Shown: positions 1-9,701 of the stretch, one piece after another
Numbering within the stretch: the stretch's first letter is position 1
How the letters are laid out: each line of letters opens with the position of its first letter
Assembly (NCBI GenBank): GCA_964520685.1
Contig: CAZFOG010000002.1
Location: 1 to 56,442 of the forward strand
Direction of reading: 5' to 3'
DNA: 56,442 bases
Origin: an uncultured Nitrospiraceae bacterium
Lineage (GTDB): Bacteria > Hydrogenedentota > Hydrogenedentia > Hydrogenedentales > SLHB01
Notes under the pieces: model-generated
The model's input: only the letters and a program-made list of their open reading frames with translations
Databases searched by the model: none
What the model was told of the DNA's origin: nothing
Position numbers and translations under genes: made by a program

Positions 1-471
1 ATCCTTTTTTCTTTCCCCCAAACCTTCAACTGCTAATGGTTCAGCCCCTTGCAAATCCATACATAGTAAATCAATGTGATTTATATTTTGTAATTGCATA
101 AATGTATCTAATCGAACTGCCCCAACCTCTATTTCTTTTTGAACAAGCCCTCTGGTATGTCTAAACAAGGAAGAAGCTCCAATATTCTTATCCGGACTTT
201 TCCGCATATCCGTTGGATAAAATTTTACTCTTCCGTCAATATTAGTAACCGCCATATTTGAGAATAATATTTTCTCATGCCCTTCTATATTTCCCAAACA
301 AACTGGAATGCTTTCCGGATTACATTCAAATGAATATATTACATCAGGATTAAAGAATTCTTCAAGAGCAATTGTATCCAATCCATCACGACTACCACAT
401 TCAATAATAGTATGGATTGATCTCTTATCAATCAAACGTGTAAAGCCCTCATATAAATAATCTGAATTCAT
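1..471 (-). CDS. FkbM-family SAM-dependent methyltransferase, N-terminal 157 aa (C-terminus lies beyond the window edge)
   Basis: Not in the ORF track because it runs off the edge. My translation from ATG 471-469 reads MNSDYLYEGFTRLIDKRSIHTIIECGSRDGLDT...INHIDLLCMDLQGAEPLAVEGLGERKKD. The ECGSRDG SAM loop and the IDLLxxDxxGAE block are typical of FkbM methyltransferases. ATGA stop/start overlap with ORF 468-1355. Confidence 0.7.
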   Translation of the reverse strand, partial: MNSDYLYEGFTRLIDKRSIHTIIECGSRDGLDTIALEEFFNPDVIYSFECNPESIPVCLGNIEGHEKILFSNMAVTNIDGRVKFYPTDMRKSPDKNIGASSLFRHTRGLVQKEIEVGAVRLDTFMQLQNINHIDLLCMDLQGAEPLAVEGLGERKKD

Positions 472-1355
472 TTACTTGTATATAAATGTAAGTTCTTACT
501 GTGAATATGCAAATTGTTAATACGATACCCCATATCTCCGTAAATGAGACATGGTATACGTAAATGATCTTGATAAATCCATGTAAGTCGGACTTCTGGT
601 ATACCTTTTATCCAAACTCCTACATAATGATCCTGTGGAGTTGCTCCTGGACCTTCACTGCGGGTTCCTCCCACATATTGCCCCCAAGATGCCGGGTCAA
701 ACAAGGAACCAAAATCATCGAGCTTATAATTCATTGGAGGAACAGGCATCGTTGGGAACGGGCGTAATTTAGAATCAGCATCGCTGGCGTAAACCCGCAT
801 CAATGTCATTTCATTAACCATGTCCATACGAAACTTTTGTAAAACTCCCTTTACCCCATACTCAAATAATAGAGTAAGGAAGTAAGTATTCATATGCTGT
901 AATGCTTTATAATCTTTGAAAAATGCAAAACCAGTCATGCACTTGTCCGGTCCCCCAATAGTCATCCCAATTTGATAATTCTTCTTGATGTATTGATGAT
1001 ATTCATTTAAATCATAATATATCAAAACGTCATTCTCGAAATGATATACATTTAATAACTGCCTCAAACGCATAAAGTTTTCAATATATATCAAACGAGT
1101 GGCAGCAAGTGTCCAAAAGTCATCAGAAGCCCTTCCAAACAACCTCTCAAATTCAGTTACTCTTTCACAATAATAATCATCCTTGTTGACAGAAATAATA
1201 CCATACTTAGCAAATATTGGATTATCTAAATGACCGTAATCAGTAAGGAAATATACAGGCGTGTTTGGATTAAAATATCGAAACTGCCGAAAGTTGTCTT
1301 CCAAGAATGTTGGAAACTCTTTCCCACTATGAAACATTACTACTCTCATAACCAA
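468..1355 (-). CDS. hypothetical protein of the glycan-modification operon (possible glycosyltransferase)
   Basis: 295-aa ORF. ATGA overlap with the methyltransferase below and a 10-nt overlap with ORF 1346-2107 above, so it is co-expressed with sugar-modifying genes. No motif I can name with confidence. Confidence 0.55.
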   Translation of the reverse strand: MVMRVVMFHSGKEFPTFLEDNFRQFRYFNPNTPVYFLTDYGHLDNPIFAKYGIISVNKDDYYCERVTEFERLFGRASDDFWTLAATRLIYIENFMRLRQLLNVYHFENDVLIYYDLNEYHQYIKKNYQIGMTIGGPDKCMTGFAFFKDYKALQHMNTYFLTLLFEYGVKGVLQKFRMDMVNEMTLMRVYASDADSKLRPFPTMPVPPMNYKLDDFGSLFDPASWGQYVGGTRSEGPGATPQDHYVGVWIKGIPEVRLTWIYQDHLRIPCLIYGDMGYRINNLHIHSKNLHLYTSK

Positions 1356-2107
1356 CTATGCATTGTTAATATATCATATCCTTTACCCCTATTCTGCTTG
1401 ATATGCTGCTTAAGCTCATCATCCGTCCACTCTCTTTTTAAAGCTCTTGAAAGAACGTTAATATGCTGATATTGATAAAGTGTAGGAAAGTATTTTGTTA
1501 CATAATTTCCATACAATTCATACTCGGAAAATCCAGAGGCATCATTAGCTTTATTGATATGTTCTACACATCTATCAAAGAAAGTGTAACTATCAATCCC
1601 TAAACGAACAAGCATATCACTTATGATATCCTTCTCAAAATACATTATCTCACTTATGAAAGAATGAGGATAAACCCTATCAAGATTTACAACATCTTTC
1701 ATTAAGTCAAAATATGGTTGATGTAATTGATCGTTTCCAAGATAGAATATAGGACGCTCTTCATTTACTCTCAATGGTGTGCATATAAAAGCATCTGCAT
1801 CCACTACCAAATAAGCATCAGATGTACTTTCTTGAAATAGTTTAATAAACTGTTGCCGATACCATCCATGCCGATGTGCCATGTTGATACGATAGATATC
1901 AAAATCACACTCTTGTGTATCTGTCCATGTAAACACATCTTTACGTGGCAAATATTTGGCAGGGATTGGAATTGGAGAGATATAGACAAACTCATCAATT
2001 CTGTCTACGTTCTGTATAATAGACTCATAGTTGTATTTGAGTTTATTAAAATCCTTCGGAGCCACTGTGATTAATACATCCATCACGATAAGTTTATATG
2101 CATCCAA
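1346..2107 (-). CDS. putative nucleotide-sugar glycosyltransferase
   Basis: 253 aa. AYLVVDADAFI looks like a DxD nucleotide-sugar/metal motif following a beta-strand. Overlaps both neighbours in the GT operon. Confidence 0.5.
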   Translation of the reverse strand: MDAYKLIVMDVLITVAPKDFNKLKYNYESIIQNVDRIDEFVYISPIPIPAKYLPRKDVFTWTDTQECDFDIYRINMAHRHGWYRQQFIKLFQESTSDAYLVVDADAFICTPLRVNEERPIFYLGNDQLHQPYFDLMKDVVNLDRVYPHSFISEIMYFEKDIISDMLVRLGIDSYTFFDRCVEHINKANDASGFSEYELYGNYVTKYFPTLYQYQHINVLSRALKREWTDDELKQHIKQNRGKGYDILTMHSWL

Positions 2108-2868
2108 TCTTCCCGTAACATACGCTGCTCATGTATAACTGCCCCATTTACTCTCGTTTTATTCCAATTTTTTGGAGCAATAACTGTAGCATTCATTGAT
2201 AGGTAAGCAGCCCACCAAGAGAAAGTAGAATTTGCAATAATAAAGTGCTTACACTCCCTCATTAGTTCAAACTCTAAATAATCTTCTGGTAATTCAACAA
2301 AGTAACAATCTTCAAAATTATTACGGCACCAATCCAAATCATCACTAAACATGAATACTTCAATATCTTTTCTCATAGCATCCAAATACATCAAAGCATT
2401 TTGGTAATACTGAAGTGGCAATACTAAATGACTCGGATGAATAAGGTAATCTCCTCTACGAACGTGAATTGCTACTGCTTTGCAGCTACGTATTTTATCC
2501 CTCCATTCAATAAATTCTGGAGTATGATATTCTTCTTTCACATGAAATCTCTGTCGAAATTCTTCAATCAGTTTAAAATTATACAGATCAGCATTTTGCC
2601 AATACCCACTAAAATAAGTATTATCAGTATATAATGAAGGAGTACAATCAAATCGCTCATTCTCCTTTCGTGTATTCAAATATAATGTTTTTGAAACAAT
2701 AATATCAAACTTATCTAAAACATATGGACGAGGAGGCACTCTTGGCACAGAATACCAAGAGAGGTCATACCCAGTAGAACATTTACTGTATTCTTCAACC
2801 ACTCTTCCAAAAGCATATTGGAATAACTGATTGCCCAAACCTCCCATAACTTTAACCACGTTCATCAA
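2083..2868 (-). CDS. glycosyltransferase family 11 alpha-1,2-fucosyltransferase
   Basis: 261 aa. The N-terminal GGLGNQLFQYAFG and central HVRRGDY are the two signature motifs of GT11 (FutC/WbgL-type) fucosyltransferases. Confidence 0.85.
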   Translation of the reverse strand: MMNVVKVMGGLGNQLFQYAFGRVVEEYSKCSTGYDLSWYSVPRVPPRPYVLDKFDIIVSKTLYLNTRKENERFDCTPSLYTDNTYFSGYWQNADLYNFKLIEEFRQRFHVKEEYHTPEFIEWRDKIRSCKAVAIHVRRGDYLIHPSHLVLPLQYYQNALMYLDAMRKDIEVFMFSDDLDWCRNNFEDCYFVELPEDYLEFELMRECKHFIIANSTFSWWAAYLSMNATVIAPKNWNKTRVNGAVIHEQRMLREDWMHINLS

Positions 2869-3562
2869 ATATCTGCTTTATAGTCATTTTTGGAAAACAA
2901 GTAATTTCACTATTTGCTGATACATTAATTATCTGAACTCCAAGTTTTTTAGCATCCTCTGCAATAACAGGGAATCCTTGTAAATGCCTTGCAAATGGAA
3001 GTTTCCGCTTCCTACGGTCATCTGATACCGGACCTTTACCATAAAGGTCATGCCAATGTTGCATTCTATTACCGTCTATATTCATATCGAATCCAAGTAA
3101 CATAATGCGTTTTGCCCCAAAATGAACTGCCAAATTGATTGCAGCCGCTCCCGTGTTACCATTCCAACTAACCATTGTCGGATTTGTACTTATCCCTTTG
3201 GACTTTTGCCCATCCCTACCAAGTGTTTTAACCCAATGTTCAGCTTTACTTACAGGATTACATGATATCCGTAAACCGGGAAAGGTTGCTAAATTAGAAC
3301 GTTCCTTGGCAAAATATCCACTATCTCCAAAGATAACAGCATCTATCCAATCTCCAATACGGTAAGACATATTTACCGCAATTACATGCTTATCATGAAG
3401 TAGCTTCATATAAGGAGAGTAGGCGGATGGTGGGAGAGTCCCAGCAGTCACCTTACGGATGATCTCTTCTGGAACATCAAACTGACGGGGAACAGACGGT
3501 CCTCCCCCAATTATCCATGCATCGCCACCGTCCCATATATGAGGAACTCGCCACATCATCAT
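2852..3562 (-). CDS. DUF115/MAF-like (motility-accessory-factor type) putative glycosyltransferase
   Basis: 236 aa. AWIIGGGPS, HVIAVNMSY..DAVIFGD and GNTGAAAINLAVHFGAKRIMLLGFDM follow the pattern I remember for DUF115/MptE-like proteins. Assignment is from pattern memory only. Confidence 0.5.
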   Translation of the reverse strand: MMMWRVPHIWDGGDAWIIGGGPSVPRQFDVPEEIIRKVTAGTLPPSAYSPYMKLLHDKHVIAVNMSYRIGDWIDAVIFGDSGYFAKERSNLATFPGLRISCNPVSKAEHWVKTLGRDGQKSKGISTNPTMVSWNGNTGAAAINLAVHFGAKRIMLLGFDMNIDGNRMQHWHDLYGKGPVSDDRRKRKLPFARHLQGFPVIAEDAKKLGVQIINVSANSEITCFPKMTIKQIFDERG

Positions 3563-4005
3563 GAAAGGTCTTTAACCAATCTTTCTGCTGTCGCTTTTGT
3601 AAGAGGCAGCTCATTCATCTTTTTTCCATTAGGACCAATGACATCGAACATGCTCTTACTCTTTCCCCTTGGAACCACTTTATATGCCGATTTTACGGGC
3701 TTCACTGCCGGAATTTCCGGAGCAGGTGGAAGTTCTTCCAATGGCTGAACCATATTCCGGAATGCTTTTGGAATCTCACTTGCGCGAGCTTTAAAAGTAG
3801 CTCCTGGAGGAACTAATTGCTTTGGCAGATGTAATGATCCTCCACCAAGTTTTCTCCACTTGATTACCGGATCAGGATCAACAAATACAGGTTCCGGTTT
3901 CTCATCTTCCACTTCCGGAGTTTCCGGAGTTTCAGGTGCTTCCGGAGTTTCAGGTGCTTCCTCATTCTTTGGAAGTTCCTCGCCATTCTTTTTTGTACGT
4001 TCCAT
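3559..4005 (-). CDS. Pro/Glu-rich hypothetical protein (first gene downstream of the capsid gene)
   Basis: 148 aa. APETPEAPETPETPE repeats followed by a basic C-terminal half. Overlaps the start of the DUF115-like gene. Confidence 0.6.
   Translation of the reverse strand: MERTKKNGEELPKNEEAPETPEAPETPETPEVEDEKPEPVFVDPDPVIKWRKLGGGSLHLPKQLVPPGATFKARASEIPKAFRNMVQPLEELPPAPEIPAVKPVKSAYKVVPRGKSKSMFDVIGPNGKKMNELPLTKATAERLVKDLS
3914..3958 (-). repeat. 18-bp tandem repeat (2 full copies plus a 9-bp partial) inside ORF 3559-4005
   Basis: TCCGGAGTTTCAGGTGCT at 3923-3940 and 3941-3958, preceded by TCCGGAGTT at 3914-3922. Encodes the (A)PETPE repeats. Confidence 0.85.
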
Positions 4006-4023
4006 ACCTTTTTGTTTTAATTA

Positions 4024-4042
4024 AAAGACTTGATTAGTCTTT
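4024..4042 (-). terminator. hairpin just after the major capsid gene stop (weak terminator or mRNA-stabilising stem)
   Basis: AAAGACT-tgatt-AGTCTTT forms a 7-bp stem 6 nt beyond the capsid stop codon. It is followed on the minus strand by UAAUUAAAAC, which is only partly U-rich. Confidence 0.35.
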
Positions 4043-4047
4043 ATTTA

Positions 4048-5145
4048 TTATGCAAGATGGACTATACCAGTCTTACCATACGCATCAGAACGAATCTGAG
4101 GAACCTGAATGGTCATTACCTTGAACTTGGTAACCATTCCACCTTCTTCTGACCACTGAACGTTCTGAAGACCCATCCCCCGTACAAGACGGATAACGTC
4201 ACGGGTCATCTGAATAAGAAGAACGTTATCATCAGCAAGAGTATCAGAAACTTTGATTTCATTTACCCCAGCGATTTTGAGAATCCTCTCACGAATTGTG
4301 GTCCCCGGAGTGGTTGCGTCATAATCGGCATCCAAAACGGTTTCATAATTCGTCGGGATATACAGAGTCCACGGACCATAATGGTAATTGTCTATACTGG
4401 CCTGCTTCATTTCGAGAACATCCTGTATAATCATTGCTCCGGTCATACCTGAATTATCCCAAGGAATACTCAGGTTGACTCCTATACGGTCGGGGAAGTT
4501 TACATAACTGTAAATCGCATTGCGAAGACGTGAATCCTTCTCTCCAAACGTATATGTGGTATCAGTGAAAAGAAGAGCTTCCAGCTTCTCCAGTACCTTA
4601 CGAGCAGCCCTCTCAGCCATCGTAGTATCAAGGGGATTCCCCAAATTACGGCTGGCAGCGAGTTCCCTTGTATTGATCTCGTATTCTGCGTGGATGATCG
4701 GCAGAGGCAAATAATTGTGCTGGAAAGTAACTCGGTCGTTCTTACCTCTGGTAATACCGTCCATTGTCATTTCAGCCTCAAGTGCCTCGTTTACATCATG
4801 CCATTCGAGTACGGTGGTACCCATTGCATTTCCGAGATTGTACACGAGATTCTTAGCAGTGAGGTCTTCAATCCCACCAAGCCTTGCACGAGAAGGTTCC
4901 ATGATAGCTTCATCAAGTGCTTTCCACTCTTCCCTGCGGAGAGTAGCACCTGCGTTCACTACCATAGTTTTCCAACTCTCTTTCTTCTTGGGATTGCCCC
5001 CCATATACACAGTCACACACGACCTTCCATACTGGTCGATAAACGGACGCATACGGCCAATATCCAATTTGCCGTTGTTTGCCATCATGCGAGCTACCTG
5101 CCCCTGACTCTGTCCGTTGCCAATCAGATCAACATTGACATCCAT
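4048..5145 (-). CDS. major capsid protein (HK97-fold, DUF2184/encapsulin-like type)
   Basis: 365 aa. Canonical position after portal, MuF, scaffold and decoration genes. Strong AAGGAGGA Shine-Dalgarno about 8 nt upstream. The sequence resembles the capsid family that travels with DUF2213 scaffolds. Confidence 0.75.
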   Translation of the reverse strand: MDVNVDLIGNGQSQGQVARMMANNGKLDIGRMRPFIDQYGRSCVTVYMGGNPKKKESWKTMVVNAGATLRREEWKALDEAIMEPSRARLGGIEDLTAKNLVYNLGNAMGTTVLEWHDVNEALEAEMTMDGITRGKNDRVTFQHNYLPLPIIHAEYEINTRELAASRNLGNPLDTTMAERAARKVLEKLEALLFTDTTYTFGEKDSRLRNAIYSYVNFPDRIGVNLSIPWDNSGMTGAMIIQDVLEMKQASIDNYHYGPWTLYIPTNYETVLDADYDATTPGTTIRERILKIAGVNEIKVSDTLADDNVLLIQMTRDVIRLVRGMGLQNVQWSEEGGMVTKFKVMTIQVPQIRSDAYGKTGIVHLA

Positions 5146-5163
5146 TGTATTTTCCTCCTTTCT

Positions 5164-5649
5164 TTAAATTATACGAACTGCGATCCTTCTGTTAACAGAA
5201 AGGAAGTTGATATCACTGTCCTCTGATCCTGCAGCAGCACTTTCAGTATCAAGGCTCACGCCTATGATAGCATTCTGATAAATAGCATTCTGAGAGCCTT
5301 CATCAGGAGTGTGTTTCTGCAGATAACCAGCTCCATTAGATTCGACGAAATCGCCCACGGCAATAGTCTGTCCATCAGCAAGAATACCATACACTACGTC
5401 TCCACGTGTAGGAACCCAGCAACGTACTTTATCGCCAATTGCGTAATTTTCATCTATTCCCTTGCCCTGAAGAGCATCCTCAATGGCAAACATCGGGAGA
5501 GCATTTCCACCAGCAGTAGCATGGACTTTCACCTTGTTTCCGCTGGTAAGTTCAATCAGACAGCCGGGATAAATGGTCGCGGCTTCTGCTTCATACTCCT
5601 CAAATACATTGGAGTAATTTTTCAGTATTACTGTATTTTTAGCAGCCAT
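5164..5649 (-). CDS. putative head decoration protein (DUF2190-like)
   Basis: 161 aa, Gly/Ala-rich and predicted beta-rich, located between the scaffold and capsid genes. GGGAGGA SD upstream. Confidence 0.5.
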   Translation of the reverse strand: MAAKNTVILKNYSNVFEEYEAEAATIYPGCLIELTSGNKVKVHATAGGNALPMFAIEDALQGKGIDENYAIGDKVRCWVPTRGDVVYGILADGQTIAVGDFVESNGAGYLQKHTPDEGSQNAIYQNAIIGVSLDTESAAAGSEDSDINFLSVNRRIAVRII

Positions 5650-5663
5650 GATTCATCCTCCCA

Positions 5664-7232
5664 TTATTCAATATCAATACCAGCAGGAGTAAGAATTTCT
5701 TCTTCTCCAGCATTAATAATAGGTGCCCCGGCTCCAAGTGAGTAATCTACCACCTGATGGGTTTCCTTCTTCTGCACGGATTTATGTACTCGGACAAGAG
5801 TATCATCATCCATCTTGTTCAGTCCTTCTTCAGTCCACGTTCCCTGTTCGGTATTGGCCTGAATCTCAGAGATCATCGTCCGCTTTCTCTCCGCACGCAT
5901 ATTCGCAACAAAGGCGAGGTCTGCTTCCTGCTGCGGAGTAAGCTTGTTCACTTCAACTTTCTTCTCGACCTCTTTCACGACCTCAATTGGCTTCATTTTT
6001 TCCAACTGATCTTCGGAGAGTGTCTGAAGAAATTCCCTGTCATTTTCGGTCCAGCGACCCTGACTGTTTGCAATCAGAGCATCAACCTTCTCCTTAATGC
6101 AGGGGGCGCATTCTTTGCTCATTTTTACCTCCTTTTTGTTAGTACTTAAATTATTAGTCACATACTCCACCTTACGATGGACTTCAACAGGATTTCCTAC
6201 CAATTCGATTTTCCCACTCTCATAGGTATAGTCCTGTTTATACATTTTGGTTCCTTCTTTGGAACTCTTTGAATACACTACATAAGCATCAAACATCTCT
6301 TCGAGATAGGAGTAAGATTCATTATTCTCCAATCCACGAAGAGCGGCATACATTGCATCCATTTTCTCCCGAAAACCCGCGTCAGCATAATCTCCGATTG
6401 ATCTTGGAACGACTCCTTGCCGATTTAAAGCCAGAATAAGGTCTCTGCCTTTAACCGTACCATCTACTTGTATTTCCATTGTATTGTCTTTATTGGTTCG
6501 TATTCCGCAACCATCTGCGCAGGAACAAGCTCCTACGAATTCTGTAAGAATGGCAAGGTGGTCCGGGCGGTAGTTTAAAGCAATAGCTTTATACTCTTCC
6601 CCATTCCACGTGCCTTCCTCCTCAATTTCTTCGCTGAAAACACCTACACTTACTTCAATCAATTTGTTATTGATAATGTCCTCAAGAATTTCCGGAGCGA
6701 TAGAATTTAACTTATCTTCATCCAACCATGCTTCCGCTCGTAATTTAAAACCATCCACATTGGTATTATACACACGTCCCACCGTACGGGAATCTATAAC
6801 ATCCGGATCATTTGCAGAAATAGGAATGCCCTCAGTATCCTCTGGGTGATCAATCACCACTGGAATACCATTCCAAGAAGCCGGTATTTTTCCAAGTTCG
6901 TCAATCTTATGTAACAAAGGGCCATGACTACCACTATGAACTCCTTCTACCATCATAACAACTGGTACAACGTAGCAAGGCTTATCCTGATGAACTGTCA
7001 GGGTAACTTCATAATCAGACTCAGGCCTATTTTTATAAACAGCATACGAATTACTATTAGCATTCAATACGCTATTTGCCTGCTTTATTGCTTTAGGAGC
7101 ACAATCTTCATCTGATCCCCCATCTTTCATGCATTTAGCAAGAACAGCATTAGCAATGCGAACCCATTGTTTCTTCTGCTTATCAGATAAACCTTTCTTA
7201 TGTTTATCTACATCATCTACAGTCCACGGCAT
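5664..7232 (-). CDS. prohead scaffold/protease-like protein (DUF2213-type)
   Basis: 522 aa. Central block VVPVVMMVEGVHSGSHGPLLH...IPASWNGIPVVIDHPE resembles DUF2213, with a coiled-coil-like charged C-terminal half. Lies between the MuF-like and capsid genes. AAGGAGGA SD. Confidence 0.6.
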   Translation of the reverse strand: MPWTVDDVDKHKKGLSDKQKKQWVRIANAVLAKCMKDGGSDEDCAPKAIKQANSVLNANSNSYAVYKNRPESDYEVTLTVHQDKPCYVVPVVMMVEGVHSGSHGPLLHKIDELGKIPASWNGIPVVIDHPEDTEGIPISANDPDVIDSRTVGRVYNTNVDGFKLRAEAWLDEDKLNSIAPEILEDIINNKLIEVSVGVFSEEIEEEGTWNGEEYKAIALNYRPDHLAILTEFVGACSCADGCGIRTNKDNTMEIQVDGTVKGRDLILALNRQGVVPRSIGDYADAGFREKMDAMYAALRGLENNESYSYLEEMFDAYVVYSKSSKEGTKMYKQDYTYESGKIELVGNPVEVHRKVEYVTNNLSTNKKEVKMSKECAPCIKEKVDALIANSQGRWTENDREFLQTLSEDQLEKMKPIEVVKEVEKKVEVNKLTPQQEADLAFVANMRAERKRTMISEIQANTEQGTWTEEGLNKMDDDTLVRVHKSVQKKETHQVVDYSLGAGAPIINAGEEEILTPAGIDIE

Positions 7233-7245
7233 GGCTTTATCCTCC

Positions 7246-8202
7246 TTACTTTACGTTATACTTTTCAAGTTCTTCAATATATGGTAACGCTATACATCTA
7301 CACTGCGGATGTAAAGGTATCATTGGTTCTATTTCATCAAGAGTAAATATTTTTCCTTCCAAATTAGCACACTTTATACAAACCCTATCATCTCCTGCTG
7401 TTTTCCATTCCCCCTTTACCGTGATGTTTAAAACCCTCCAATTTCGATATTCTTGTATAGTAGCTAAATGATGTGCTCTTATAATCTCCGTACGAGCCAA
7501 AATTTCAGCCCTTCGTCTTGCTGGAATAAATCTACCTAATGTATCTGTAATTCCCAAAGAACCTACATTTGAACCATCTATGGCCGATACCAATTTTCTT
7601 GCCAACAATCTAGGAGCATCCCCATCTATCAATCCTTGCGCTAATATACGACTTATTTGATAATCCATTGTCTCTGTAATACCTTTTAAATCGGTAAATA
7701 TTCTCGTAAAGAGCAATCCTACCCGATCCAAGTGAAAAGGAGTTCCCATAACGATTTCAATTCCTCCAGCATCATCTATGGAAGGTATTTGCATTCCCTG
7801 TCGAATCATCTCATATCTAGCCCGTATAACTCCCCTTTTATAAGAATCATAGATATATTTATTCATCCAGGCCGCTTCTACCGAAGTTCCTACCTGTGAC
7901 AAATTTATTACCGTTACTAACTCAGATTCTATCTGCTTTTGTAACCACTCCATAAATTTTACCACTTTTTCTGAGCTACGCGCATACGCAAAAGCCTCTC
8001 TGGCCGGAGGTACTACTTGTAGTATATGCGGCCTTTCCTTAAGTCCAAAACAATCATTTTTATAAACTCCAGTCACTATACCTGCCATAATCGCTTTAAA
8101 CCGACGATTCATATCACTAGCAAAGAGATTTCTCAACGCAGTAGTATTCGTTGGATCGTAATTTCTACGCTGGATTTCAGTATAGGTCGTTACAGTATTC
8201 AT
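7246..8202 (-). CDS. phage head morphogenesis protein (Mu F / SPP1 gp7 family)
   Basis: 318 aa. The C-terminal DDRVCIKCANLEGKIFTLDE...PLHPQCRCIALP is the characteristic Mu-F domain signature. Immediately downstream of the portal gene with a 1-nt overlap. Confidence 0.85.
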   Translation of the reverse strand: MNTVTTYTEIQRRNYDPTNTTALRNLFASDMNRRFKAIMAGIVTGVYKNDCFGLKERPHILQVVPPAREAFAYARSSEKVVKFMEWLQKQIESELVTVINLSQVGTSVEAAWMNKYIYDSYKRGVIRARYEMIRQGMQIPSIDDAGGIEIVMGTPFHLDRVGLLFTRIFTDLKGITETMDYQISRILAQGLIDGDAPRLLARKLVSAIDGSNVGSLGITDTLGRFIPARRRAEILARTEIIRAHHLATIQEYRNWRVLNITVKGEWKTAGDDRVCIKCANLEGKIFTLDEIEPMIPLHPQCRCIALPYIEELEKYNVK

Positions 8203-9650
8203 TACTTCTTAACCGGATTGGTTTTTTTCGTTCCCGGTTTAGCAGGAGCTGCTACTGGAACAGGTTCAGGCTCCTCTAAACTATCCACTATTTTATTATA
8301 AAGCTCTTCCTTGCTTATCATCTCATCCCTAAGTCTTGTGATGTAATTGATTTGTTCTCTATTCAAACCTAAACACAACTCAAAGAAAGCGTCTGGAGGA
8401 AGAATTGTCTCAGCCATTGGAGTATATGTGTACTCTCTTATAGCCGTAGCTCTTGATTTTCCGATGTCTACACGGGCCTTCTCACTAAGAGAGTACAAAT
8501 CATTCCATTTTATTGTGTAATCCCCTGTAACAGGAGTAGGTAAAATCCCATACTTAATTAAAGCATCCACAAAAGGTCTTAAAATATGTGGCTCGGCATG
8601 ATCTTCCCGACGAGCCTGTACATATTCTTTCCATTCAGAAGTATCCTGGGTGCTTGCGAGTTCTCCACGCTCACTTCCCATTAATACTCTCTGTGGAATA
8701 CCAGTTATAGCAGAAATACAAGAAATCTGAACGTCAAAATGCTCTTTAGGACTAGCTATTTGCTGTTGAAGAGCTTGTATATCAATTCCTTCGTTTATAA
8801 GAAACCGTCGGAGATTGTTTTCATATTCATTTATTTGTTGTATCAAATCCTCCCTCATTTCTTTGGTAAGGGTATATTCATCCGCGACCTTTCCTTCATA
8901 TCCTGGTCTGGCTCCCCTCCAAAACATCTCGGCATCTCCCCCCACTAACTTTTCGATATCCATCAATCGATTATACACTACTTCCAAACGAGGAGTTCCA
9001 TATACTTCAGATTCTAGAAGATCATCTGTAACATGAACTACTCTAGTGTAATGTACTTTTACATCTGCCGTACCCCCATTCGCTTCTTTAACTGTTATAG
9101 TATAATACAACGGAAGACCATATCTTGGATCAGTAGGAGAATTCACTAATTCCGAAATGCCCGCACTATTTTCTCCAAAAGGTTTAACATAATGAAGCTT
9201 ACGAGGCCCCTCTTTAACAGGCTTAGCAAATCCTTCCCGACTTCCTACATCATCCAACCCAAGCAATAACACCCCATACCTTCCTAAACCAGTCAAACGA
9301 TCTACACGAGCTAATTTTGTTTTGAATTTCATTTTACGATCTAGCTCAAACCATGCCTTTTCAAATTCGGTATCATTCTGCTCATCTGTTTCTACCAATT
9401 CTAAAGGACCTTGCCATGTTGCTCTAACAGGACGGTCTACGATCGCCTTCGCCATATCCTGTCGAGTATATCGAGAATAAAAATCTTTAAACTTTATCTC
9501 TCCTGGAGGATACCCCAAAGCTTGATATAAATCCCGCTCTCCACCATATTGAAATCCCAATAGAGAGTTGAGCACCCCTCTATTTAAAAGAGAACCCTCC
9601 AAACTAATCTGATTTGCTTGAAGTGTGGCCGATTTACCTATCCTTTTCAT
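8202..9650 (-). CDS. portal protein (DUF1073-like)
   Basis: 482 aa. Size and position upstream of the MuF, scaffold and capsid genes. Acidic/proline-rich C-terminal tail. Confidence 0.75.
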   Translation of the reverse strand: MKRIGKSATLQANQISLEGSLLNRGVLNSLLGFQYGGERDLYQALGYPPGEIKFKDFYSRYTRQDMAKAIVDRPVRATWQGPLELVETDEQNDTEFEKAWFELDRKMKFKTKLARVDRLTGLGRYGVLLLGLDDVGSREGFAKPVKEGPRKLHYVKPFGENSAGISELVNSPTDPRYGLPLYYTITVKEANGGTADVKVHYTRVVHVTDDLLESEVYGTPRLEVVYNRLMDIEKLVGGDAEMFWRGARPGYEGKVADEYTLTKEMREDLIQQINEYENNLRRFLINEGIDIQALQQQIASPKEHFDVQISCISAITGIPQRVLMGSERGELASTQDTSEWKEYVQARREDHAEPHILRPFVDALIKYGILPTPVTGDYTIKWNDLYSLSEKARVDIGKSRATAIREYTYTPMAETILPPDAFFELCLGLNREQINYITRLRDEMISKEELYNKIVDSLEEPEPVPVAAPAKPGTKKTNPVKK

Positions 9651-9670
9651 CTCTACAAGTTTTTAAGTAA

Positions 9671-9694
9671 CCCCCGGTATATTTCAACCGGGGG
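9671..9694 (-). promoter_or_regulatory. GC-rich hairpin between the membrane-protein gene and the portal gene
   Basis: CCCCCGGT-atatttca-ACCGGGGG forms an 8-bp perfect stem in the 51-nt gap. The weak U-tract suggests an attenuator or processing/stability element rather than a full terminator. Confidence 0.35.
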
Positions 9695-9701
9695 ACTTTT
9701 C

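Noticed and set aside
4520-5745. Plus-strand shadow ORFs inside the capsid and decoration genes (4520-4714, 4690-5226, 4715-5107, 5311-5745)
   Set aside because: They are antisense to strongly supported structural genes. They have Ser/Cys/His-rich unnatural composition and no start context. The same reasoning applies to the shadow ORFs at 5723-6149, 19727-20176, 21541-21894 and 43510-43941.
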